A DNA stretch of 64,000 bases, taken from positions 14,041 to 78,040 of the forward strand of contig JAVKHN010000004.1 in assembly GCA_031459935.1 (NCBI GenBank), in the 5' to 3' direction. Below the pieces are notes generated by a model. The model was not told the DNA's origin, searched no databases, and saw only the letters and a program-made list of their open reading frames with translations. This document shows, piece by piece, positions 1-9,487 of the stretch (the first letter of the stretch is position 1; the number at the start of each line of letters is the position of its first letter). This DNA is from Candidatus Sysuimicrobium calidum (GTDB lineage Bacteria > Sysuimicrobiota > Sysuimicrobiia > Sysuimicrobiales > Sysuimicrobiaceae). The position numbers and the translations under genes are program-made.

Positions 1-24
1 AAATTGCTAAACCTCTGAGGTTGC

Positions 25-2664
25 GTGGGCATGCTCTGGAGGAAGCCCGGCCCGCAGCGGTCCAAAGAGGAGCTCCGCGATCCGCCGGACCTCCTGTGGG
101 ATCTCGTGCCTGTTCCCCTTCTGCACGTGGGGAGGGATGGGCGGATCCTGCGGGCGAACGAGGCGGCCGGCCGCTTGGTGGGCCTCCGAGCTTCCTCGCT
201 GGTGGGGTTCGCGCTCCGGGATCTCCTGGAGCGGTCCAGCGATCCGGTTGGGTTCCTCCGGAGCCTCCACCTGTACCCGCGCGGGGAGCGCCTCCGGCTT
301 CGGCGGACCAGCGGGGAGGTGGTGGAGGTGGAGGTGCGGGCGAGGAGGGCTCCGGACGGCTCCACGTACCTGGCACTCTCCGACCCTCGGGGGATTCCCG
401 GGCAGCCCCCAGTGGAGTGGATCCGGGGTGCCATCGCGGATCTGCCTGTGGCGGTGGGAATCTACGATCCCGCGGGCAACGCGGTGGTCACCAATCCCGC
501 GTGGCAACGGCTGTTCGGGATTCCCCGGGAGCAGGCGCCCGAGCATCTGCTCCAGGACAGCACGGTCTTCGGTCCCGTGGACCGATCTCTGCTGGAGGCG
601 GCGCTGCGGGGGCACGTGGTGCGCCTCCCCCCCCGGGAATGGGCCCCGCCCGACGGAAGCGCCCCCCGCGTGGTGGAGGTGGTCCTGGCCCCGCTCCGGG
701 ATCCTCGGGGAGCCCCGCACCACATCGCCGCCTTCGTCTACGATGTCACCGGCCGCTGGCGGATAGAGGAGAGCTTACGGGAGTCCGAGGCCCGGTACCG
801 GGTCCTCATCGAGGGGTCTCCGGACGCCATGTTCCTGCTGGAGGACGGGCTCTTCCGGTTCGTGAACCGACCCTTTGTTCACCTATTCGGCGTCCCCTCC
901 GTGGAGGCGGTGCACCGGATGGGCCTGCTGGCCCTGTGCGTGGAGGAGGATCGACCCTGCTTGGCCGAGTACCTCGCGAATCGCCTGGCGCAGGGAGGGC
1001 ACGAGGAGGCGGTGGTGTTCCGGGGCAGGCGGTCGAACGGGGACGTGATCACGTGCGAGCTACGGGCGAACCGGGTGTTGCTGGAGGGAAAGCCCGTCCT
1101 CATGGGAATCCTCCGGGACATCACCCATGAACGCCGCATGGAGCAGGCCCTCCGGTTCCAGGCGGAACTGTTGGAGTGCGTGCACGACGCCATCATCGCC
1201 ACGGACTGGGAGGGGCGCGTCCTGTACTGCAACCGGGCCTGTGAGGCGCTCTACGGGTGGCGGGCAAAGCAGGTGGTGGGCCGCCGGCTCCAGGACCTGC
1301 TGAGACCGGAGGGCCGCCCCTTCGATCTGGACCGAATCCGGGCCATCCTCCAGCGGGCGGGGCGGTGGCGGGGGGAGCTGCAGCACCGCCGGGAGGACGG
1401 ACAGCTACTCTGGCTTTCGGCTACCCTCTCCGTGAATCGAAACGAGGCGGGGGAGGCGGTGGGGATCGTGGGTGTGTACCGGGACGTGACGGAGCAGAAG
1501 CGCCTGGAGGAGCAGCTGATCCAGGCCCAGAAGATGGAGAGCCTGGGAACCCTGGCGGGCGGGATCGCCCACGATTTCAACAACATCCTGGGGTCCATCG
1601 TGGGCTATCTCGGCCTCATCAAGGAGGACCTTCCTCCGGAATCCACCCTTCGCCAGTACTTCGAGTTGGTAGAGCGCAGCGCCCTGCGGGCCAGCGAGCT
1701 CACCCGGCAGCTGTTGGGGTTCGCCCGCAGGGGGAAGTTCACGGTTCAGCGGGTGCAGCTCAAGACGCTCTGCGAAGAGGTGCTGAGCCTGTTCCGGAGT
1801 ACCCTCCACGAGCGGATCCAGATCCAGACCCGCTTCCCGGAGGATCTGCCTGAGGTGGAGGGAGATCCCGGGCAGCTGCAGCAGGTGATCCTAAACCTGT
1901 GCATGAACGCCAAGGACGCCATGCCGCAAGGCGGGATCCTGGCGCTGGAGCTTGGGGAGGCCCTCGCGGACGATCCCGCCTCCCAGGAACCTCCGAACCT
2001 CCGGCGCTACGTGGTGCTGACCGTCCGGGACACCGGGGTGGGTATGGACGACTACGTGAAGAGCCGGGTCTTCGAGCCCTTCTTCACCACCAAGGAGCCC
2101 GGGAAGGGCACGGGGCTCGGCATGGCCATGGTGTACGGGATCGTGCGCAACCACGGCGGGTTCGTGGACCTCCACAGCGAGGTGGGCAAGGGAACCACCG
2201 TCCAGGTGTACCTGCCCGTACCGGTGGAATTGCAACCTCAGCCCAAGGAGGAGGGAGCAACGGGCGTGGCGGAAGGATCCGGAGAACTCATCCTCGTGGT
2301 GGACGACGAAGAGCCCCTGTGCAACCTGCTGCGGGAGATCCTCACCCGCCGGGGCTACCGGGTGCTGGTGGCCCGCAGCGGCGAGGAGGCCATCGAGCTC
2401 TACCAGCAGTGGCAGGACGAGGTGGACCTCGTGATCCTGGACATGATCATGCCCGGGATGAGCGGGCAGGAGACCTTCGAGGCCCTCCTGAGCCTCCACC
2501 CTCAGGCCCGCGTGCTCCTCAGCAGCGGCTACACCCAGGAAGGGGCCGCAGGAGAGCTCCTGCGAAAGGGGGCCAAGGGATTCCTGCAGAAGCCTTACCT
2601 CATTACGGAGCTCACCGCCAAGGTGCGGGAGGTCCTGGAGCAGAAGGACAGCACTTCGATCTGA
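25..2664 (+). CDS. Multi-PAS hybrid sensor histidine kinase with C-terminal receiver domain
   Basis: Several PAS/PAC repeats, H-box LAGGIAHDFNN, N-box QVILNLCMNA, FFTTKEPGKGTGLG, C-terminal REC (VVDDE...LDMIMP...KP). Confidence 0.95.
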   Translation: MGMLWRKPGPQRSKEELRDPPDLLWDLVPVPLLHVGRDGRILRANEAAGRLVGLRASSLVGFALRDLLERSSDPVGFLRSLHLYPRGERLRLRRTSGEVVEVEVRARRAPDGSTYLALSDPRGIPGQPPVEWIRGAIADLPVAVGIYDPAGNAVVTNPAWQRLFGIPREQAPEHLLQDSTVFGPVDRSLLEAALRGHVVRLPPREWAPPDGSAPRVVEVVLAPLRDPRGAPHHIAAFVYDVTGRWRIEESLRESEARYRVLIEGSPDAMFLLEDGLFRFVNRPFVHLFGVPSVEAVHRMGLLALCVEEDRPCLAEYLANRLAQGGHEEAVVFRGRRSNGDVITCELRANRVLLEGKPVLMGILRDITHERRMEQALRFQAELLECVHDAIIATDWEGRVLYCNRACEALYGWRAKQVVGRRLQDLLRPEGRPFDLDRIRAILQRAGRWRGELQHRREDGQLLWLSATLSVNRNEAGEAVGIVGVYRDVTEQKRLEEQLIQAQKMESLGTLAGGIAHDFNNILGSIVGYLGLIKEDLPPESTLRQYFELVERSALRASELTRQLLGFARRGKFTVQRVQLKTLCEEVLSLFRSTLHERIQIQTRFPEDLPEVEGDPGQLQQVILNLCMNAKDAMPQGGILALELGEALADDPASQEPPNLRRYVVLTVRDTGVGMDDYVKSRVFEPFFTTKEPGKGTGLGMAMVYGIVRNHGGFVDLHSEVGKGTTVQVYLPVPVELQPQPKEEGATGVAEGSGELILVVDDEEPLCNLLREILTRRGYRVLVARSGEEAIELYQQWQDEVDLVILDMIMPGMSGQETFEALLSLHPQARVLLSSGYTQEGAAGELLRKGAKGFLQKPYLITELTAKVREVLEQKDSTSI

Positions 2665-2708
2665 GCCTCCGGGGAAGTGATCCGGCGGGTCCGGCTGAAG
2701 CGGGGAGC

Positions 2709-3884
2709 TCAGGGAGAGAGATCCTGCCCTCCCTCCACCGGGGGAATCTCCGGGACCTCCCCGGACCTTTCGGGCTTCTCCGGAACCGGTGCGCTTCGAG
2801 GAGCGGAGGCCTCGGGCGGGAGGTGGGTCTCCGATCGCGCGTGCGGGAGGGCTGCCGGCACCAGCTCCCCTAGGATCACCTGGAGGGCCGCTGCCACGGG
2901 AATGGAGAGCAGCACGCCCATGATCCCCATGAGCGCCCCGCCCACGAGCACCGCGAAGATGGCGAGGATGGGGGACAACCCCACCGCCCGGCTCATCACC
3001 CGTGGCACGAGGAGATTCTGCTCGATCTGCTGGGCCAGGGTGTAGAGGGCCACCACCGCTACCAGCTTCCACGTGGGCTGGAACAGGGCCACCACCACCG
3101 CGGGGATCGCGCCCAGGAACGGGCCCACCACCGGGATGAGCTCCGTGAGCCCCGCCACCAGGCCCAGAAGGAACGGGTAGGGGATCCCGATGAGGATGAG
3201 CCCCACCGTGTCGATGGCGAAGATGGAGAGGGCCAGCACGAAGGTTCCACGCAGCCACCCGCTGAACTTCTGGGCGATGCGGTCCAGGACCAGATTCACG
3301 AGCGGCCGCCGCTCCACGGGCCACAGGCGCAGGAAGGCCCGCTTGAGCCGGGGCCCCTCGAGGAGCATGTAGATCACGATCACGAGGACCGTGGTGACGG
3401 TGAACAGCCCGCTTACGAACCGGCCGAAGACCTGGGCCGCGGTGCCGAAGTACTGGGCGAAGTTCTGCAGCTCCTGAGGAAGCCGGCTGAGCCACCGGCT
3501 CACGTCCGGCACCCACGGAAACCGCGCGCGCAGCTGTGCGAGCCACTGCTCCGCCTCCTGGACGTACTCCGGCAGATGGGCTAAGAAGGCGCTGGATTGC
3601 TGCACTACGGGCGTGAGGAGGATGGTGAGCATGAGCACCAGGGCTGCAAGGATGAGCACCACCACGAGGAAGAGGGCGAGCCCCTTGCCGAGGGGGCGGC
3701 CGCCCGGTAGCCGGGCCCGCTCCAGGGCACCCACTGTGGGCGCGAGGCCCGCGGCCAGGATGGCGGAGATGAGAAAGAGCACGAGGATGTCCGCAAGACG
3801 CACCACCAGCCACAGCACCCCGTAGGTGGTGGCCACCACCAGGGTGACGATGAGGGCGTGGACGGCGACCTCGGCCCGCTGCAT
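2709..3884 (-). CDS. AI-2E family transporter (PerM-like)
   Basis: Hydrophobic protein with ELIPVVGP and QQIEQNLLVPRVMSRAVGLSP motifs; start trimmed to ATG 3884 because the longer ORF runs into the tRNA. Confidence 0.9.
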   Translation of the reverse strand: MQRAEVAVHALIVTLVVATTYGVLWLVVRLADILVLFLISAILAAGLAPTVGALERARLPGGRPLGKGLALFLVVVLILAALVLMLTILLTPVVQQSSAFLAHLPEYVQEAEQWLAQLRARFPWVPDVSRWLSRLPQELQNFAQYFGTAAQVFGRFVSGLFTVTTVLVIVIYMLLEGPRLKRAFLRLWPVERRPLVNLVLDRIAQKFSGWLRGTFVLALSIFAIDTVGLILIGIPYPFLLGLVAGLTELIPVVGPFLGAIPAVVVALFQPTWKLVAVVALYTLAQQIEQNLLVPRVMSRAVGLSPILAIFAVLVGGALMGIMGVLLSIPVAAALQVILGELVPAALPHARSETHLPPEASAPRSAPVPEKPERSGEVPEIPPVEGGQDLSP

Positions 3885-3893
3885 GTGGCCCCT

Positions 3894-3923
3894 TTGACAG
3901 GATACGGGGTTCCGGCCTATGAT
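3894..3923 (+). promoter_or_regulatory. Sigma70-type promoter for tRNA-Asn
   Basis: TTGACA-18 nt-TATGAT just upstream of the tRNA. Confidence 0.7.
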
Positions 3924-3941
3924 CCTCGTGGCAGTTTGCGT

Positions 3942-4016
3942 TCCGCGGTAGCTCAACGGTAGAGCGCCCGGCTGTTAACCGGGGGGTTGCAGGTTCGAAT
4001 CCTGCCCGCGGAGCCA
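3942..4016 (+). tRNA. tRNA-Asn (GTT)
   Basis: TCCGCGG acceptor stem, TAGCTCA D-arm, CCCGG-CTGTTAA-CCGGG anticodon arm, GTTCGAATC T-loop, CCA end. Confidence 0.97.
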
Positions 4017-4081
4017 CCTTCCCCAGACCCCTCCAGGGTGGCACGGATCTTGCAAACCTCCGGTGGTGGAAGGGTTCCGGA

Positions 4082-5575
4082 ATGCGCCCCCGGCTCGGTG
4101 AGATCCTTCTGCAGGCCAACCTCATCACCCCGGAGCAGCTGGAGGAGGCCATCTGCCTCCAGCGGCAGACGGGGCTCCGGATCGGTGCGGCCCTCATCCA
4201 GCTGGGGTACGCCTCCGAGGACGATGTGGCGTGGGCGCTCGCCACCCAACTGCAGATCCCCTACGTCCACGCTTCCTCGGAGATGGTGGATCCTGCGGCC
4301 GCCCAGCTCCTGCCTCCCCACCTGATGGAGCGGTTCGAGGTCTTCCCCCTCCTCGTCTCCGGGGACGAGCTGACCCTGGTGATGGGGGACCCCACGGATG
4401 GGGAGGCCATCGGGGAGGTGGAGCGGGCCACTGGACTGCGGGTGGTGCCCGCTGTGGACCTCCCGAGCAACATCCGCAGGCTCATCCGGTCGTTCACCCG
4501 GGGCCGCAGGTCCAGGGGAAGCCCGGAGCTGGCGGAGGTCCAGTTCCACCTGGGTGCGGCCGCTCAGGCCGGGGCCCACGAGGTCTACTTCGAGCCATCC
4601 GGTTCCGGGGTTCGGGTCCGCTACCGCACCGTGGTGGAGTTGGTGGAGAGCCGGGGTCCCCGGGTGGACCCTGGGATCCTTGCCCGGCTCGCGGAGGACC
4701 CTGCTCCCCTCCGCCTTCGGGTTCCCCTCGCGGACCGCACGGTGACCGCGGTCCTCCGATCCCTCCCGGCAACCGGCGGGCATGCGCTCCTCGGGGTCCT
4801 GGAATCGGAGGCCGTCCCGAGCCTGGCCGTGGCAGACCTCGACCCCGCGGTCCGCGAGGGCATGGAAGGGATCCTGCAGTCCGGCGGACTCCTGGTGGTG
4901 GGTTCCCCCGACCCCTTCTTCCGCCGCCGGCTCCTGCGGGCGTTGGCCCAGCGGGCCGCCCGCGATCCAGGCTCCCGGACCGTCGCCGCGGGCCTCCGGT
5001 CCCCTCAACCGCTGGAAGGGGTACTGGAACTGGAATCCTTGGAGGCGCTTTTGGAGACCCACGCGGAGTGCGTGGTCGTGGATGCGGGCTGGGATCTGGG
5101 AATCGCGGGGCAGCTGTGCCGGACCCTGAGGCCGGGCGGTACCCTCGTGTTGGGCCTCCCGTACCTGCGGGTGAGCTGGGCCCTGGAGGGGCTGCTTTCC
5201 ATAGGTCGCCTCCTGGTGGAGCGCTTCTTCGCGGGTGCGCTGTGCGGGCTCTCCGTTCCGGCTCTCTGCTCCTGTGTCGAGGTGCACGAGTCCCCGCCGC
5301 CGGATTGGCCCGTGACGCCCGCCCCGACCCGGTGGGGCTCCGCGATGGGCTGTGAGCGATGCCGGAGCACGGGGTACCTGGGGCAGGTCTCCATCTACGA
5401 GTGGTACCGGGCCGGCCCGGACCTTGCCGCGGTGCTCCGGGCCCCCATCCATGCTGTCCCGGGGCTGCTGGCTTCGGCGCTCTCTCCCTCCCTCGAAGCC
5501 TGCGCCGGGGCCACGGTGGAACGCCTGCGGGCGGATCCCCTGGCGGTGGCGCCCCTCCTTCAGGCCCGGGCGTGA
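4082..5575 (+). CDS. PilB/GspE-like protein with N-terminal MshEN domain and degenerate ATPase motifs
   Basis: RLGEILL...RIGAALIQLG tandem motif, T2SSE_N-like region, C-terminal LCSC...GCERCRSTGYLG; no GxxGxGKT. Confidence 0.8.
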   Translation: MRPRLGEILLQANLITPEQLEEAICLQRQTGLRIGAALIQLGYASEDDVAWALATQLQIPYVHASSEMVDPAAAQLLPPHLMERFEVFPLLVSGDELTLVMGDPTDGEAIGEVERATGLRVVPAVDLPSNIRRLIRSFTRGRRSRGSPELAEVQFHLGAAAQAGAHEVYFEPSGSGVRVRYRTVVELVESRGPRVDPGILARLAEDPAPLRLRVPLADRTVTAVLRSLPATGGHALLGVLESEAVPSLAVADLDPAVREGMEGILQSGGLLVVGSPDPFFRRRLLRALAQRAARDPGSRTVAAGLRSPQPLEGVLELESLEALLETHAECVVVDAGWDLGIAGQLCRTLRPGGTLVLGLPYLRVSWALEGLLSIGRLLVERFFAGALCGLSVPALCSCVEVHESPPPDWPVTPAPTRWGSAMGCERCRSTGYLGQVSIYEWYRAGPDLAAVLRAPIHAVPGLLASALSPSLEACAGATVERLRADPLAVAPLLQARA

Positions 5576-5585
5576 GGGGGAAACC

Positions 5586-6674
5586 GTGGACATTACGGAT
5601 CTTCTGATCCTGGCGCGGGAGCGGGACGCCTCCGACCTCCACCTCACGGTGGGAAGTCCCCCCCGTCTGCGGCTGCAGGGGGAGCTGGTGGACGTGGATG
5701 GATGGCCTCCCCTCACCCGGGAGGATCTCCACGCCATGCTCTACGATGTCCTCACGGACGCACAGAAGGCCAGGTTCGAGGAGCACCTGGATCTGGACTT
5801 CGCCCTGGAGCTGCAGAACCTGGGCCGGTTCCGGGTGAACGTCTTCCGCCAGCGCACGGGCGAGGGCGCGGCGTTCCGGGTGATCCCCTCCCGGATCCGG
5901 TCCCTGGAGGAGTTGGGGCTTCCCCCACAGCTGCGCGATCTCGCGCTGCGGGAGCACGGTCTCATTCTGGTCACCGGCCCCGCGGGCAGCGGCAAGAGCA
6001 CCACCCTGGCGGCCATGGTGGATCTCATCAACGCGACCCGTCGGGTCCACATCATCACCATCGAGGACCCCATCGAGTTCGTTCACTCGCACAAGAAGGC
6101 CCTCATCAACCAGCGGGAGGTGGGCGTGCACGCGAGGTCTTTCAGTACGGCCCTGCGTGCTGCCCTGCGGGAGGACCCGGATGTGATCCTGGTGGGCGAG
6201 ATGCGGGACCTGGAGACCATCGCCCTGGCCCTCACCGCGGCGGAGACCGGTCACCTGGTGCTGGCCACCCTGCACACCAGCAGCGCGGCTCAGACCGTCA
6301 ACCGGGTCATCGACGTCTTCCCCAGCCACCAGCAGGAGCAGATCCGGGTGCAGCTGGCGGAGACCCTGGTGGCGGTCATTGCCCAGGTCCTGCTGCCCAC
6401 CGCGGACGGTCTCGGTCGGGTCCCCGCGGTGGAGGTGATGGTGGCGACCCCTGCGGTCCGCAACCTCATCCGGGAGAACAAGGTGCACCAGCTCCCCTCC
6501 GTGATCCAGACAGGACTCAGAGATGGGATGCAGAGCATGGACCAGAGTCTGCGGCACCTGGTGAAGACCGGGAAGATCACCCCCGAGGTGGCCCTGCGAT
6601 GGACCACGGAAAAGCAGGCCTTCGCCCGGCCGGGCCTTGGCGGAGCTGGTCCTGTCCAGAGCGCCTGGAAGTAG
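5586..6674 (+). CDS. pilT: Type IV pilus retraction ATPase PilT
   Basis: ASDLHL, GPAGSGKSTT, TIEDPIE, LREDPDVILVGEMRD, AVRNLIRE; GTG start after GAGGGGG. Confidence 0.95.
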   Translation: MDITDLLILARERDASDLHLTVGSPPRLRLQGELVDVDGWPPLTREDLHAMLYDVLTDAQKARFEEHLDLDFALELQNLGRFRVNVFRQRTGEGAAFRVIPSRIRSLEELGLPPQLRDLALREHGLILVTGPAGSGKSTTLAAMVDLINATRRVHIITIEDPIEFVHSHKKALINQREVGVHARSFSTALRAALREDPDVILVGEMRDLETIALALTAAETGHLVLATLHTSSAAQTVNRVIDVFPSHQQEQIRVQLAETLVAVIAQVLLPTADGLGRVPAVEVMVATPAVRNLIRENKVHQLPSVIQTGLRDGMQSMDQSLRHLVKTGKITPEVALRWTTEKQAFARPGLGGAGPVQSAWK

Positions 6675-6686
6675 CGGGAGGCAGCC

Positions 6687-7748
6687 ATGCACGTGCACGA
6701 CCTCCTTCGGGAGATGGTGGAGCGGGACGCCAGCGACCTCTACGTGAAGGTAGGCTCCCCGCCCACCTTTCGGGTGCACGGGGAGCTCCAGCCGGGGCCC
6801 TGGGATCGGGTGACCCCCGAGGCGAGCCGGGCGCTTGCGGATCAACTCCTGGACGACGAGCAGCGTCATCAGCTGCGCACGGAACAGAACGTGGACCTAG
6901 CCTACAGCTTCCCCGGGGTGGGTCGGTTCCGGGTCAACATCTACCAGCAGCGGGGTTCTATCGCCTTCGTGGCGCGCCGGGTTCGTACGGACATCCCCTC
7001 CTTCCAGCAGCTGGGCCTTCCGGAGATCCTGGCGGAGCTCGTGATGCGGCCCCGGGGACTGGTGTTCGTCACCGGCCCCACGGGCTCCGGGAAGACCACC
7101 ACCCTCGCGGCCATGATCGATTACCGGAACACCCACGCCTCCGGCCACATCATCACCATCGAGGATCCCATCGAGTTCCTTCACCCCGACAAGCGCAGCC
7201 TGGTGAGCCAGCGGGAGGTGGCCACGGACACCCCCAGTTTCCCCCATGCCCTGCGGGGTGCCCTGCGCCAGGCCCCGGATGTCCTCCTCATCGGGGAGAT
7301 GCGGGACCGGGAGTCTGCGGATGCCGCTCTGTACTTCGCGGAGACCGGGCACCTGGTGCTCAGCACCCTGCACTCCATCAACGCGAGTCAAACCCTGGAG
7401 CGGCTTTTGGCCTTCTTCCCCATGGACCAGGCACAGGAGGTCCTGCACCGCGTCTCCCTCACCCTGGAGGGCATCATCAGCCAGCGCCTCGTTCCCCGAT
7501 CGGACGGGCAGGGTCGGGTGGTGGCCGTGGAGGTCCTGGTGGCCACGCCCCGCATCCGGGAGCTCATCCGGCGCGGGGACTTCGCCGGGATCAAGGTGGC
7601 CATCCAGGCGGGGGGCGGAGAGGGAATGCAGACCTTCGACCAGGCCCTGTATGACCTCTACCAGAAGGGGCTCATCTCCATGGAGGACGCCCTCCGGGCC
7701 GCGGATTCCCCCAACGACCTGCGCCTGCGGATCCGGGGCCTGGCGTAG
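6687..7748 (+). CDS. pilU: Second PilT/PilU family ATPase
   Basis: GPTGSGKTTT, LRQAPDVLLIGEMRD, GMQTFDQAL, ADSPNDLRL (PilU-like C-terminus). Confidence 0.85.
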   Translation: MHVHDLLREMVERDASDLYVKVGSPPTFRVHGELQPGPWDRVTPEASRALADQLLDDEQRHQLRTEQNVDLAYSFPGVGRFRVNIYQQRGSIAFVARRVRTDIPSFQQLGLPEILAELVMRPRGLVFVTGPTGSGKTTTLAAMIDYRNTHASGHIITIEDPIEFLHPDKRSLVSQREVATDTPSFPHALRGALRQAPDVLLIGEMRDRESADAALYFAETGHLVLSTLHSINASQTLERLLAFFPMDQAQEVLHRVSLTLEGIISQRLVPRSDGQGRVVAVEVLVATPRIRELIRRGDFAGIKVAIQAGGGEGMQTFDQALYDLYQKGLISMEDALRAADSPNDLRLRIRGLA

Positions 7749-7858
7749 GGTCCGTGCACCCCCCCAAAAAAAATTTTGCCTGACCCCGAGAAGGCGGTTG
7801 ACAGACACCACGGTCGCGTGATACACAGGGACTTGAAAGTTCATAAGGAATTCTGTCC

Positions 7859-7876
7859 GTGGGCCAGGACGCCCAC
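7859..7876 (+). promoter_or_regulatory. Putative ANTAR-target hexaloop hairpin 1 (amtB leader)
   Basis: GTGGGC-CAGGAC-GCCCAC overlaps the 5' arm of a terminator; the same 14-mer recurs at 10947. Confidence 0.65.
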
Positions 7877-7906
7877 ACCGGCCGGTGTGGGCGTCCTTCT
7901 TTTTAT
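7866..7906 (+). terminator. Leader intrinsic terminator upstream of amtB
   Basis: Perfect inverted repeat AGGACGCCCACACCG/CGGTGTGGGCGTCCT followed by TCTTTTTAT. Confidence 0.85.
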
Positions 7907-7933
7907 TATTCCGTCCGGAGCAGGAGGCGTTCG

Positions 7934-9307
7934 ATGCGACGGGTTGTGGGAGTCCTCATCCTGCTGACGCTGTGCGTGGCCCTGCCCGCGTGGGGTGCCG
8001 ACCCCAGCGGGGCGGAGACCATCAAGCAGAAGCCGGAATCCGCGGTGAACTTCGCCTGGACCCTCATCGCGGCGTTCCTGGTGTTCTTCATGCAGGCGGG
8101 CTTCGCCCTGCTGGGGGCCGGGCTCATCCGATCCAAGAACACGGTGAACTACCTCACGAAGAGCTTCATGGATTTCTGCATCGCCGCTCTCTCCTACTGG
8201 GCGTTCGGGTTCGCCCTCATGTTCGGAGGTAGCCAGCTCAGCAGCGGTCTGGCGCACGGGAATGCGTGGATCGGACTCTCCGGGTTCTTCCTGAGCGGGG
8301 CGGCCTACGATGTCACCACCGTCCTGTACTGGTTCTTCCAGATGGTCTTCGCGGCCACCGCGGCCACCATCGTGGCCGGAGCCATGGCGGAGCGGACGAA
8401 GATCACCGCCTATCTGGCCTACAGCTTCATCGTGTCCGCGGTGATCTACCCCATCTACGGGCACTGGGTGTGGGGCGGTGGGTGGCTGGCGAACCTGCCG
8501 TTCGGGGCGGGAGCCCGGGACTTCGCGGGCTCCGGGGTGGTACACGTGGTCGGGGGACTGCTGGGGCTTGTGGGCGCCGCCATGGTCGGTCCCCGCCTCG
8601 GCAAGTACAACCCGGACGGCACCCCGAATCCCATCCCGGGCCACAACATGACCTACGTGGTGATCGGGACCTTCATCCTGTTCTTCGGGTGGTTCGGCTT
8701 CAACCCCGGCAGCACCCTGGCCGCCACGGACCTGCGCATCTCCGTCATCGCGGTGAACACCTTCCTGGCGGGGGCCGCGGGCGCGGTGGTGGCCCTTTAC
8801 GCGAGCCTCGTGCGCACGGGGAAGGCGGACATCGCCATGGCATGCAACGGCGCGCTGGCGGGTCTGGTGGGGATTACCGCCCCGTGCGCCTACGTGCCCA
8901 CCTGGGCGGCGGTGGTGATCGGGGCCGTCGCGGCCCTCGTAATGATGTGGAGTCTCGGGTTCGTGGAGCGGACCCTGAGGGTGGACGACCCCGTGGGTGC
9001 GGTCTCCGTGCACGCGGCGGGAGGACTGTGGGGGCTGCTGGCCGTGGGGATCTTCGCGGACGGCACGTACGGGGGCGTACGGGGCCTCATCGTGGGGGAG
9101 GTGGGACAGCTCGTGGCCCAGCTCATCAGCATGGGCGTGGTCACCGCCTGGTCGCTGATCACGGGATACCTCATGTTCGCTCTGATCCGCAGCACCATGG
9201 GTCTCCGGGCCTCGCGGGAAGAGGAGCTCCAAGGGCTGGACCTGCCGGAGCACGGCATGCCCGCCTACGTCCTGGAGTCCACCCTGGTGCCTGCGGGGGG
9301 AGCGTGA
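7934..9307 (+). CDS. amtB: Ammonium transporter Amt
   Basis: FFMQAGFA, FQMVFA, GAMAER, DFAGSGVVH, GWFGFN, DDPVGAVSVH; AGGAGG RBS. Confidence 0.96.
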   Translation: MRRVVGVLILLTLCVALPAWGADPSGAETIKQKPESAVNFAWTLIAAFLVFFMQAGFALLGAGLIRSKNTVNYLTKSFMDFCIAALSYWAFGFALMFGGSQLSSGLAHGNAWIGLSGFFLSGAAYDVTTVLYWFFQMVFAATAATIVAGAMAERTKITAYLAYSFIVSAVIYPIYGHWVWGGGWLANLPFGAGARDFAGSGVVHVVGGLLGLVGAAMVGPRLGKYNPDGTPNPIPGHNMTYVVIGTFILFFGWFGFNPGSTLAATDLRISVIAVNTFLAGAAGAVVALYASLVRTGKADIAMACNGALAGLVGITAPCAYVPTWAAVVIGAVAALVMMWSLGFVERTLRVDDPVGAVSVHAAGGLWGLLAVGIFADGTYGGVRGLIVGEVGQLVAQLISMGVVTAWSLITGYLMFALIRSTMGLRASREEELQGLDLPEHGMPAYVLESTLVPAGGA

Positions 9308-9333
9308 AATCCACGGATCAGGAGGGAATGCCG

Positions 9334-9444
9334 ATGGAAGCATGGCTCGCTCTGGGAACCTTCATCGCCCTGTTCTGTGCCTGGGTGGTTCTCCCCAGTC
9401 GCATCCTCCGGGGCCGCCGACCCACGGAGGAGGACGGTGGATAG
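9334..9444 (+). CDS. Small single-TM protein (36-38 aa) between amtB and glnA
   Basis: GGAGGG RBS, MEAWLALGTFIALFCAWVVLPSRILRGRRPTEEDGG, GC-biased third positions, fills the intergenic gap. Confidence 0.6.
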   Translation: MEAWLALGTFIALFCAWVVLPSRILRGRRPTEEDGG

Positions 9445-9487
9445 CGCCCCGGGCCACCGCAGCAGACCACGGAGGGAGGGAAGGAAC

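Noticed and set aside
1891-4245. 784-aa minus-strand ORF and many other long overlapping ORFs in the track (e.g. 4494-6869, 11644-13788, 57946-60117)
   Set aside because: Pro/Arg/Gly-rich shadow frames of real genes, expected at this GC content; no motifs
7798-7827. TTGACA upstream of the amtB leader as a full sigma70 promoter or a GlnR/TnrA box
   Set aside because: The -10 match is poor and no TGTNA-N7-TNACA palindrome is present
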